NCBI GenBank assembly: GCA_951406725.2
Contig: OX597823.1
Span: forward strand, 33,852,001-33,916,000
Origin: Octopus vulgaris
Lineage: Eukaryota
Length of the DNA stretch: 64,000 nt
Reading direction: 5' to 3'
In this document: piece after piece, positions 1-11,458 of the stretch
Numbering within the stretch: the first letter of the stretch is position 1
Layout of the letters: each line of letters starts with the position of its first letter
Made by a program: the position numbers and the translations under genes
The notes under the pieces: model-generated
What the model was told of the DNA's origin: nothing
The model's database searches: none
What the model saw: only the letters and a program-made list of their open reading frames with translations

Positions 1-105
1 TCAATGGCCATTGACTCTGTCCATTGTTGGGGTTCGTTTTCTATGCTTGTTTGTTTGCATGTGTGTCCGTCAGTATGCATGTGTATACACATATGCATGT
101 ATTAT

Positions 106-725
106 ACAAGGTGCATGAGATATCTGAGGACAGATTTATGTTTATAACAGATAATAACTTTATTTATCAAAATATGCTATGAGCATAAAAATAAACCTTT
201 TCTATAATGTTATTCAATAAAACCACCTTCAGCTTCAACAACTGCTTCTATATGAGATCTAAATAATCTACATGCTTGAATCAAGTGGTGCTAGTTCACT
301 TTGGACATTATTCTGACTATGGTAGCTTTCAAAGAATCTATGGTGAAATGGGTGTGTTCATTGACCTCTCTCTCAACAACGCTTCACATGTAATAGCCCA
401 ATGGATTGAGATCTGGGGAATTAGGAGACCATATGTTAGGGGTTATGTGATCATGAAAATTTTCATCCATTCCTGTGTTAGTAGAGCCATTTGTCATAGT
501 GCAGTCTTACCGAAACACATATGGCCTTCCATTGCATACACTGTCTATCCAGGACTTAACAATTATTTCCAGGACCTTAATGTGGGTGGCAGAGTTAACT
601 CTAAGGTCTTGTGGAAAGAAATAAGGAGGCATCACATGCCCTTCATTGCTGACAACCCCTAAAACCATGACAGTTGCAGGAAATTTTGTATGCATAACAC
701 TTGGAATTTCAGAAGCAAGAGACCT
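106..725 (-). mobile_element. Tc1/mariner (DD37D/maT-like) transposase remnant, 3' half plus terminus
   Basis: Minus-strand translation gives TKFPATVMVLGVVSNEGHVMPPYFF...RPYVF and, after a stop, ENFHDHITPNIWSPNSPDLNPLGYY (WPPNSPDLNPLDY motif); inactivated by stops. Confidence 0.85.
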
Positions 726-857
726 GCTTGAAGTCCTTTAGGGTGGGAGGAGTGAGGACAGAGGTGAGGGGAAGGGGAAGAGTATTGTCTAATATTAATA
801 TGAAGGAGACAGAGGGAAACCTGTTCCTTCAAATCTTCAAATCACTTTCAGATAGAA

Positions 858-921
<64 letters not shown>

Positions 922-1001
922 ATATGTATATATATATATATGTATATATCTATATCTCATCATCATCATTGTTTAACATCCGCTTTCCTTGTTAAACAAT
1001 G

Positions 1002-1035
<34 letters not shown>

Positions 1036-1058
1036 GTATGTATCTATGTATGTATGTA

Positions 1059-1772
1059 AAGTATATTTGCCACTTAAATGTGGCTCACCACTAAGGGTGG
1101 ATGCTATTGTAGCTTGTAACCCCAGGAGAACATCTTCTCCAGCTGGCTATTGACACACTTTCTGTGCCCTATCAGTATTTGCAAAGGGAAGCCACCCTTC
1201 CCATCGTTGACCTGACATGATATGCATGGACCTGGGTTTCTGAGTATTTACCCAACGTCAGCACACAACAATCACTGGTCTTCGATGTGAAGGGGTCCCA
1301 ATGCAAATACATATATCCTTTTTCCAGTGACGAAAAGTCATTGATCTCAAAAAAGTGTAAACAAGGAATAATAAATCTCTGAACGAGGTATAAACAGTAG
1401 CTGCATGACAATGTGAAGTATATTTGCCACATAAATGAGGCTAACCCCTAAGGGGGGATGCTACTGTAGCTTGTAGCCCCAGGAAAGCATCTTCTCCAGC
1501 TGGCTATTGACACACTTTCTGTGCCCTCTGAATATTTGCAAACCTGGTTCCGTGCGTATCACGTCAGGTCAACGATAGGAAGGGTGGCTTCCCTTTGCAA
1601 ATACTGATAGGGCACAGAAAGTCTGTCAATAGCCAGCTGGAGATGATGTTCTCCTGGGGCTACAAGCTACAGTAGCATCCACCCTTAGTGGTTAGCCACA
1701 TTTAAGTAACAAATGTACTTCACATTGTCATGCAGCTACTGTTTATACCTCGTCCAGAGATTTATTATTGCT
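1059..1772. mobile_element. Hammerhead-bearing PLE-derived element, family A (partial tandem plus inverted copy)
   Basis: The segment starting gtatatttgccac at 1061 recurs at 1418 (period 357 bp); 1541-1772 is its reverse complement; flanked by TA-rich microsatellites. Confidence 0.75.
1224..1266 (-). ncRNA. Minimal hammerhead ribozyme motif, one core substitution
   Basis: Minus strand gtgtg-CTGACGT-tgggt aaat actca-GAAA-cccagg-TC-catgc; stems I and II pair with G-U wobbles; core A9 is replaced by T. Confidence 0.55.
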
Positions 1773-1806
1773 TATATATATATATATATACACATACATA
1801 CATACA

Positions 1807-1880
<74 letters not shown>

Positions 1881-2040
1881 CATATATATATACGTATATA
1901 TTTTTATACATATATATATATGCATATATATATATACATATATATATACACATAAATATATATATATACATATATATATATATACATATATATATAAATA
2001 TGCATATATATATATATACATATATATATATACACATAAA

Positions 2041-2072
<32 letters not shown>

Positions 2073-2080
2073 CACATAAA

Positions 2081-2112
<32 letters not shown>

Positions 2113-2163
2113 GACATACATATATATATATATAGATATATATATACATACATATATATATAC

Positions 2164-2210
<47 letters not shown>

Positions 2211-2272
2211 TACATATATACATATATATATATGTGTGTGTGTGTGTGTGTCTATATATATGTATATATATG

Positions 2273-2306
<34 letters not shown>

Positions 2307-2330
2307 TTATAAATAGATAGATAGATAGAT
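1773..2330. repeat. Compound (TA)n/(TACA)n/(CA)n/(GATA)n microsatellite
   Basis: Directly visible; source of the YIYI ORFs. Confidence 0.95.
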
Positions 2331-2499
2331 AGACGTGTGTGTATGTGTGCATGATAGCCATATGTTTGTGTCTCCTCGTCTTGACATTATGTAAGAATGG
2401 TGACAGGAAGGCCATCCAGCTGTAGAAAATCTGCCTCAATGAAATTCTGTTTGACCCATGCAAGCATTAGAAAGTGGACTGTGATAAATCACTGTTGAA

Positions 2500-2792
2500 G
2501 AGATGATGAAGACGATGGTGGTGGTGGTGGTAGCTGTGGTGTTGGTGGTGGTGGCTGTGGTGTTGGTGGTGGTGGTGATGGTGGTGGCCATGGTGCTGGT
2601 GGTGGTAATGGTGATGGTGGTGGTGGTGCTTTAGTGGTGGCAATGATTGTGGTTATGTTGGTGATGATAATGATGATGATGATGGTGGTGGTGATGGTGG
2701 TGGTGGTGGTGGTGACAGTAGTGATGACAATGATGATGGGGAGAGTGATGATGGTGGTGTTTATGATGCTGATGCTAATTAAATGTATAATG

Positions 2793-2845
<53 letters not shown>
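2500..2845. repeat. Compound (GGT)n/(GAT)n/(AAT)n microsatellite
   Basis: Directly visible triplet runs. Confidence 0.95.
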
Positions 2846-2846
<1 letters not shown>

Positions 2847-3212
2847 TGTTTATAGTATTCAGTGCTCATCTATTCCATCGGCTAGCTCTATTCTTCTTTA
2901 ATTTTTCCTCAGATCCTAGTTTTATTTTATATGCGTTGTTTCGTTTGTTTTTCATTGTTGTTTGTTTTCACCTGGTCTTGTGTCTGCTTCGTTCACTGTG
3001 TAGAGTTTGCTTCTGCATTGTTATATAATTAATTATATCAATTAATTGATATGAATAGCCATTATCAGAAACTCATTAAAGGAACACAACACTTATTTTA
3101 CGCACAATCATCAATATTATGTTACAAGAACAACGTAAACGTAAAACCTTTTCAGTAACAACAAAGCCACAATCGTCGAATATGTTTCTTTATAACCGAT
3201 TCTGCAATAAAT

Positions 3213-3260
3213 ATGAAAGTGGTGAATTTTCTGATTCTTGCTGCTATATTGCTATTTTTG
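3213..3260 (+). CDS. Candidate first coding exon encoding a signal peptide (MKVVNFLILAAILLFL)
   Basis: aatATG start, K plus hydrophobic core, phase-0 donor TTG|gtatat (weak); upstream DNA is non-repetitive, retains CpGs and has TCAGT at 3152-3156. No homology recognised. Confidence 0.35.
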
Positions 3261-4009
3261 GTATATTAGGTATCTTAGGCATCTTAGTATCCAATTTATA
3301 TAAACAGACAACAAACACACGTAAACACACACACACGCATCAATATATATATATGTCTTTGTGTGTGTGTGTGTGTGTGTGTGTAAGTTGTAGTATCGTC
3401 CTCATTGCCATCATTTTATATTTGTCTTTTATGCTGGTATAAGTTTGACAATGTGTGAGGGTCCAATAGAACAGAAGACTACATTTTGTTCCGCTGTCTT
3501 AGTTTTGGTATGGTTTCTACACTTGGATCGTCGTCATCATCATTGCACATCGATGTCCTTAATGCCAACCACTTTACAAAGTGTACTGGGTGTTCTTTTC
3601 GTGGCACTAGCACAAGTGGGGTCACCATGTAAGTTGCAAAACTAAAGTGGCCCTTCAACCAAGAGAAGGCATAGCGGGGAGGGCAGTGGCTTTGTGTGAG
3701 GAATGATAGAAAAGAGAGGAACAGAGACTGCTCCATGTCTTAAGTGTATCTATGTGAGGGACGCCATGTCACATCATATGAGGATGGATGGGAATGAATG
3801 GAGTGGTGTCAGAAAGAGAGGTAAAGGTGTTGGTGGCATCATGCCAGAACATAGCTCTGAAGGTAGAAGAAGGCGGGAAGAAGTAGGCTAAGGAAAGGAG
3901 AGCATGAAGGGTGAGTAAAGATTGCAAGAAGATGGTGGGAGAGTGAGAAATAGTTAGAAATGGTGAAGAAAAGTGGGAAGATTTGATGGTAAATATGAGT
4001 AGGGGCATG

Positions 4010-4210
4010 CTTTCTACACCTGAAATCTTTTGGGGAATAAGGGGCCAGTCAGTTACTTTGACCCCGGTACTCAGCTGATACTTATTTCATTGACCCTGAA
4101 AGTATGGAAGGCAAAACTGGCCTCAGCAGAATTTGTACTCAGCATATAGAGATAGGCAAAATGCCACTTAGCCCTTTGCCCAATGTGTTAACAATTCTGC
4201 TAGCTCTTGG
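4010..4210 (-). mobile_element. tRNA-derived SINE family 1 copy
   Basis: Reverse complement matches the 11241-11458 copy (gagctagcagaattgttaacac...gccttccatactttcagggtc). Confidence 0.75.
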
Positions 4211-5917
4211 CACCATGATGACTGGTAGAGGATGGCCAGCAAAATAATACAGTAGATGGAGAAGGGATGAATAGATGATGGATAGAGAAACGAGGGTTGG
4301 GATTGGGGAAGTATATATTGCAAGAGTGTGGGATGTTGCGAGAGAGGTAGGGAGATGGGAGGGTGGGTGAGGGGTATAGGAGTGAACACAACGAATGGCA
4401 AATAAAGGTGGGCTGAAGTCAATGGTAGATGTGAGACAGTGTGAAGAATGTGAAATGGATGCCAATAGGAACTGGCTTGGAGAAAGAGAGTGGTGCCAGT
4501 CACCACTGAAAGGGTGATCAGTGAAAAACACAAGTGATGAGTGACAATGTTAAAGACAAGAGATTATATATAGTTTACCATTCTTTTATTGATCTACAGT
4601 TTACCATTCTACCACTGATAGAATTTACCATTCTCTCATCAATATACATCTTACTATTCTACCATTGCTATAGTTTACTAATCTACCAATGATATACAGT
4701 TCACCATTTTGTCACTAATATAATGGTTGCTGTTCTATCCAAGTATTTATTTGTAAGGACTACAGAAATGACGATCAATATTGAAAGCATGTTCAGCTGT
4801 GTTAAAGATATTTATATTAATGCTTACAGATTACACACTTCTGCATTTCAGACAGAACGTTGAAAGCATTGAAAAGACGAGGAAAGGAAACAAGGAATTC
4901 TGAATAAATAAAGGACTGTATAGAGATAGGTGGAGGGAAAGAAAGACAAAATGTAGATCTGAGGATGAATAATAGGTGAAACGAAATATTGATAGAAAAT
5001 AGTTGCATTCCATTTATGTAGAGACAAGAATAAAATAAATTCAATTAATATGAAAGACAAGTTTTAAAAATATGTTGCTGTTTGTGTGAGTTATGAGGGA
5101 AAAAAATAGATTGATAAGTGAAAATGGTTGAAGGAAATATGCTAGATACTTGTTAAGAGAAAATAACTTAGTTAATCAGCTGAAGACCATTAAATGTCGG
5201 TGAAATTAGGAAATTTGAAATTAAATTTAGCTGTGTTAAAATATTTAGTTACATATGAAGACATTAGAAAACTGTTGGACCAGAAGCCATGTAAATGTGG
5301 ATAAATAAATAAATAAGGAATACATGGGTAAACATGTTTAATGACTCATAAGTATCTGAAGGCAAGAAATTTTTTAGCATTCATAAACAAATTGAGATGA
5401 TTATAATTGTGTTTGTGTGTGTGAGAGCTAGGTATAGTATTTAATAATTGAATAATAAGATAGAATATAAAATTGTATTGTAAAGTGTTAACTGCATTAA
5501 AGAGTTTTGTAAGGGGAAATAATTGACTGAATTAAAGTGTGACAGAAATTGTCATTGAAGAACTGGTGAAGATGTGTAATGGAAATTTCAAAATGGTTTA
5601 AGATAGGATAAGATAAGAAAGCAGAAAATGGGAAGATTAGTAATAACAGAGTAGAAATAAATAAGTGGTTAAATAAAATGTGAAAAGAAATAAGCTTAAA
5701 TATTATAAAATATACTACAATGTGACATCATTAGAATTTATAAACTTTTGAATGAATATGGAATAATTCCTCTTTGAAATTGGTTCTCGAAGTACACATA
5801 AAGCTATGAATAATAAACATTGAGTAGAAAACTCCTTTTGGATAGAAAAAGCTGAAGGCTGTCCATGAAACTCAAACATACATTTATAGGCATGCTATTA
5901 TTTGTTCTTTGCTAATC

Positions 5918-6098
5918 TAGGCAAATGCCCAAAATTTTTGGGGAGGTGGAGTAGTCAATTAGATCGACCCCAGTATGCAACTGGTACTGAAAGGATGAAA
6001 GGCAAAGTCGACCTTGGCAGAATTGGAACTCAAAACATGAAGACAGATAAAATACCGCTAAGCATTTCGCCGGGCATGCTAACATTTCTGCCAGCTCC
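5918..6098 (-). mobile_element. tRNA-derived SINE family 1 copy
   Basis: gaaaggatgaaaggcaaagtcgacc...ctgccagctc is the reverse complement of the family head and core. Confidence 0.8.
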
Positions 6099-6575
6099 AC
6101 CACCACCTTCATGCTGTTATTTATTAGCTTTGTGTGTACTTTGAGAACCAATACCAATGAAGAAATATTCCACTATAATGTGAAATTAATTGGAATGACT
6201 TGTAGAAACCATGCCAAAGCAGAGATTGGGCTATGACGCAGTCTTTGGAACTGTCAGATCCTGTCAAGCAACCCAACCTATGCCATTTAGCATGAATGTT
6301 AAATGATGATAATGATGGGGGATCATACGAGGAAAAGTAATTGATTGAAATAAAACATGGAATGGTGGATCAGCTGCAGGGTTGTATGAAAGAGAATGTT
6401 ATAAAGGAAACCGTAATAAACTAGATGAGTTAAATGAGTTAAATATATGCATATATATTTAAATATACATGAAATAGTGAAAAAGAAATGTCAATGTAGA
6501 ATAATATGTGAAAGGGAAATAACTAAAATATCTCCTTTGGAAAACAGTTTCATACCACTCTCTTTTAACATTTTG

Positions 6576-6635
<60 letters not shown>

Positions 6636-6783
6636 CCTTTCTACTGAGGACACAGGACCTGAAGTTTTGGGTGAGGGTACTAGTTGATTACATCAACCCC
6701 AGTATTTCACTGGTAATTGGCGACGCTCACAACTGTATAGCATGTGTATGTGTATATGTGTGGGAGCGTACACACACAAAAAA

Positions 6784-6821
6784 CTGTCTGATGAACGGCA
6801 ACGAGAAACTCAGAGTAACAG
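6784..6821 (+). ncRNA. Minimal type I hammerhead ribozyme motif, intact core
   Basis: ctgt-CTGATGA-a cg GCAA cg a-GAAA-ctc a gag-TA-acag: stem I ctgt/acag, stem II closed by a GNRA loop, near-palindromic stem III, GUA cleavage triplet; AATAAA follows at about 6848. Confidence 0.8.
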
Positions 6822-7199
6822 ATTTTGTTGAATTTTCTGCTGCTTAAAATAAAGTATATATATATATATAGGAAAAATCAAATGACAAAGGGATTTTTTA
6901 GATGATTCATCACCATCATCATCATTTACTGTTGATGTTCTATGCTGGCATGGATTAAATTTCATGTATTAATATAAACCAAGTTCTATCAATATCCGAG
7001 TAAAGAAGACTAGTCTCCCTGTGCAAGCTTGGCTAAATGAACATAAAAATACATTAAAACTGTTGAAAACTAGAGGCTGAGAGGCTTCTATTTATGTCTC
7101 GTCCAATAATCACAGCTAAGTCTATATATGATGTCTTCTCTGCTTCTTGATGTTCTCTCATTTTCCCCTCAATTGTCTCTCTTCTACTATCCACTGTAT

Positions 7200-8480
7200 T
7201 ATGCTACTCATGTAGGCATTCATCAGAGTTCAGTTCTCAGTCCCCTCCTATTCCTCATCGTCCCCCAGGCCATAACAGAAGAATTCAAGACTGGCTGTCC
7301 CTGGGAACTCTTATCTGCTGATGATCTTGCTCTTATAGTAGGTTTTGTAACAGAACTAGGAAGGAAATTCCAGGTGTGGAAGCAAAACCTGGAATCAAAG
7401 AGCCTTAAGATTAACTAAGCAAAGATTAAGGTAAGCAAGAAAACGGACAGGACCCTTCCCCCAACAGGTAAATGGCCCTGCTTGATATGTTGTAAAGATG
7501 TAAGGAGAAAAATTCCATTCAGTGTACCCAGTGCAAGCTTTGGATGTACAAGGGATGCAGAGGAATGTTTTCAGAGAACGTAGTGTTTGTATGTGGAAGA
7601 TGCACAGGGGCCATAAAAACTACAGATACTCAGGAAATTCATTTTCTCAAATGCCCCAGAGGCTCTTCAGAGGTAGTGGACAATTTCTGCTACCTGGAGG
7701 ACTTAATTAGCTGTGGTAGAGGATGCACGGAAAGTGTAATCACTAGAATAAGAATAGGATGGAGAAAATTCAGAGAGCTGTTACCTATGTTGGCAACCAA
7801 AAGTTTCTCTCTCCAATAGAAAGGAAGATTGTACGATGCATGTATAAGAACAGCAATGATACATGGTAGTGAGATGTGGGTCCTGAATGCAGAAGACATG
7901 CAAAAGCAAGAGAGGAATGAAGCTAGCATGCTGCACTTGATGTGTCATGTGAGTGTACATGTGTGGCAGTATGCCAGTGTGTTGAGGGAAAAGTTGGGCA
8001 CAAGAGGAATTAGCTGCAGTGCGCAAGAGAGAGAAGACTTTGTTAGTTTGGTCATATGATGCAGATGGATGTTGATGATTGCATACAGAAGTGATGATCA
8101 CTTAAAATGGATGGAACTTGTGGAAGAAGGAGTCCCAGGAAGACAAGGGACAAAGTATTGAAGGACAATCTGAAGACACTGAGCCTTATGAAGGAGATGA
8201 CTAAGGACTGAGATATTTGATGCCTTCTTGTACGCAAGAAGACCCGTCCACCACAGAAAAATCAATACCGGTGTTGGTTCCACATGAAAATCATTCATGC
8301 TGGTGCCACATAAAAAGCTCCCAGCACACTCTGTGGAGTGATTGGTATCAGGAAGAGCATCCAGCCATAGAAACCAAGCCAGAACAGACAGTAGGGCATG
8401 GTGCAGCCCCTGGCCTTACCAACTCTGATCAAGCTGGCCAACCCATGCTAGCATGGAAAGCAGACGTTAAAGGATGATGG
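7200..8480 (+). mobile_element. 5'-truncated, degenerate RTE-clade LINE (RT domain to 3' tail)
   Basis: HVGIHQSSVLSPLLF, CPWELLSADDLAL (YADD), YDACIRTAMIHGSEMW; ends in the ccatgctagcatggaa...(GAT)n tail. Confidence 0.9.
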
Positions 8481-8939
8481 TGATGATCATGATAATGTCA
8501 CTCTCTCCTACCAGTCTATCTTAATCCGTCAGCTTCTACCAACATACTATCGCTCCCACCACCCATCCATCCTTCCTGGCTCTTCTTCCTAACATCAATT
8601 TCTCCATTGTTCATTTTCTCAGTCTATTCCTTGAGCAAACACATCAAAAGTAGTGAGGACTCGTTAGTGTTGCTGAGTAGTTGGCAACTCCACTAAAGCT
8701 GGTGCCATAGTGAATGCATTCGGTACACTTTGTGAAGTTGTTGGAGAACAAGCGGAGAGGATCCATTAACGTTGTTGAGGACTTGGTGATCTCTCTAATG
8801 CTGGTGACTCTATAAAAATACGTCCAGTATGCTATGTAAAGGGGGTCGGTGTTAAGAAGCCAGCTATAGAAATGAAGCCAAAATAAAACATGCCTATGCC
8901 AGTGGGTGTAACCATCCCACTTATGAGCACCCCTCATTC

Positions 8940-9436
8940 ATTGGACAATAAACTTTGCTTGTGAAGACCTATTGAGGCAAGTGAAATCAAAATCAAAATC
9001 ACTGATGTGGCCTTATTGCCACTCATGCCAGTGGAACGTTTAAAGCACATCCGAACGTGATTGTGCCAGGGCTGTGGATTGGCTCCTGTGCCAGTGGCAT
9101 GTAAAAAGCACCATTTGAGTGTAATCATTGCCAGCATCGCCTTACTGGCACATGTGCTGGTGGCATGTGAAAAACGAACATTCAAGCGTGGTTGTTGCCA
9201 GTGCTGCCAGATTGGCTCCCATGCAGGTAGCATGTAAAATCACCTTTTAAACATGGTCATTGCCAGAACCACCTGACTGGCCAAGCACCCACTACAGTGA
9301 TTGGTGTTAGGAAGGGCATCCAGTTGTAGAAACTTTGCCAGATCAGACTGGAGCCTGGTGTAGCCTTCTGGCTCACTAGTCCTCAGTCGAACTGTCCAAC
9401 CCATGCCACCAAGGAAAGTGGACGTTAAGCGACAAC

Positions 9437-9480
<44 letters not shown>
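8940..9480 (+). mobile_element. RTE 3'UTR or RTE-tailed SINE-like repeat with internal tandem units
   Basis: Repeated gtggcatgtaaaaagcacc units, then ggaagggcatccag...gacgttaa(GAT)n, as at the RTE 3' end at 28500-28866. Confidence 0.8.
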
Positions 9481-9484
<4 letters not shown>

Positions 9485-10344
9485 GACGTGGTTTGCTGAC
9501 CTGACCTGTTTGGGAGAGCAAGTAACTTGCAAGAAGGACTGATAGATTGTGATGATCTGGCCAACTTATGTCAGCGTGGAATGCAGACATGAAATGATGA
9601 TCATGATCATGATCATGATGATATCTAAACACTAATGACACATTAAAGTACTTTTTGAGATAATTCTATTTCTTAAATTACTGGTTCAAAGATAAACTAA
9701 AATCTAGCTACACACACACATATGCTTATATATATATATATATATATATATATAGATAGATAGATAGATAGATATATATCTATCTGTCTATATATATATA
9801 TATACATGTCATATGTATATATAATATATACATATATGTATATATTATATATACATATGACATGTATATATATATATACACACACACACACATATATATT
9901 AATATAAGTACACATCTTCCGTTGTCGGTGTTCTTCTTTCATACAACTAGACTCTCTGAATCTCTGACAAATGCTTCTTCTATTTACCTTTGTAACAGCA
10001 GCAACAACCTTTTGTTCAAACATATCCTCCTTAGTTTACATATCTCTGCCTTTATTTGTCAGTCTGTCCTCTTGTCCTCACCTAATATTCCTTCTACGTA
10101 TGAAATCCACCCAACTTTATGTTAACAGATCCATTCCAATGTATATACATCTACTGTGACCTGTCAATACCCTGTCACGTCATCATTCCATATATGGCCA
10201 CCCCTAATTCCTCCATACCTGTCTATCCCATCTTAAGCATATCTACCTTCATTTGCCTTGCTACCCCCACCTACATGCCATGTGTAGGAAACACCTGAAA
10301 AATGAAGTTTATGCTCTCTGCTGATCGTTTTGAAGGCACAGCTT

Positions 10345-10357
10345 ATATGTGTGTGTG

Positions 10358-10409
<52 letters not shown>

Positions 10410-10540
10410 CGTGTGCATGTGCATATGTGTGTATGTGTGTGCATGTATGTGTGAGTGCATGTGTATGTGTGTGTGTATTTGTTTGTGCGTATGGGCGTGT
10501 GTGTGTGTCTGTGTGTATGTGTGTGCGCGTGTGTGTATGT

Positions 10541-10578
<38 letters not shown>

Positions 10579-10615
10579 ATGTATGTGTGTTTGCATGTGT
10601 GTGTGTGTATGTGTG
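10345..10615. repeat. (TG)n-rich microsatellite
   Basis: Directly visible; a CA-rich tract follows at 10860-11070. Confidence 0.95.
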
Positions 10616-11240
10616 ATTCCAAAACACAAACAAACTGAAGACCCTTCCATTGTTTCTGTTCTCTTTATTTTTCATTTGTCCCAGCCATTAGACTGTGGCC
10701 ATGCTGGAGCACCACCCTGAAGCATTCTAGTCAAATGAATTGACCCAGTGCTTAATTTTTTTTGCAATGCCTATTGGTGTCTTTTGCTGAACCGTTACGT
10801 TGCAAAAACATAAACCACACCAACACTGGTTACCAAATCATTGTGGGGACAAATGCAGAGACAATCACACACACACACAATCACACGCATACAAAAAATC
10901 ACACACAATCACTCACACACACAGTCACACAGATACATACACAAAATCACACACACACTCACATACATACACACAGAATCACACACATACAATCACATAC
11001 ACATATGCACACACACACATACAATCACACATACATGCACACACAATCATACACACACACACACACTGTGTGTTAGAAACACATGGTAAAGAAGTGCATA
11101 TTCTCTCTCTGGTCATATTGAATCTGATGCTTCTGTATGGCCATGTCCTGTGATGGCTAAAATAAATTAAAGAACCCCATTTTTGTTCCTTGAGTTTATT
11201 GTTATTTAGCCATATACCGTGTCATAATGATTACCTCACA

Positions 11241-11458
11241 AAGGCGGCGAGCTGGCAGAATCGTTAGCACACCAGGTGAAATGCTTAGCAGTATTTCATC
11301 TGTCTTTACATTCTGAGTTCAAATTCTGCTGAGGTCGATTTGCTTTTCATCCTTTCGGGATGGATAAATTAACTACCAGTTGCATACTAGGGTTGATCTT
11401 CTCGACTGCTCCACCCCCACCCCAATTTTGGGCCTTGTGCCCAGAGTAGAGAAGAATG
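11241..11458 (+). mobile_element. Near full-length tRNA-derived SINE family 1
   Basis: ggcgagctggcagaatcgttagc (A-box-like)...gagttcaaattc (B-box-like)...ttttcatcctttcgggatggataaattaactaccag central domain; many copies in the window. Confidence 0.8.

Noticed and set aside
1640-1700. Twister-like ctacaagc motif in family A
   Set aside because: The upstream UAA and pseudoknot partners were not found.
1713-2303. Long YIYI/HTHT/CVCV and homopolymer ORFs here and elsewhere (10233-11153, 21173-21611, 35539-36340, 41146-41637, 59030-59462)
   Set aside because: Translations of microsatellites.
4800-5800. Possible very old Penelope RT fossil on the minus strand (PCIPYL..., LYINGMQ)
   Set aside because: Similarity too weak to support without a profile search.
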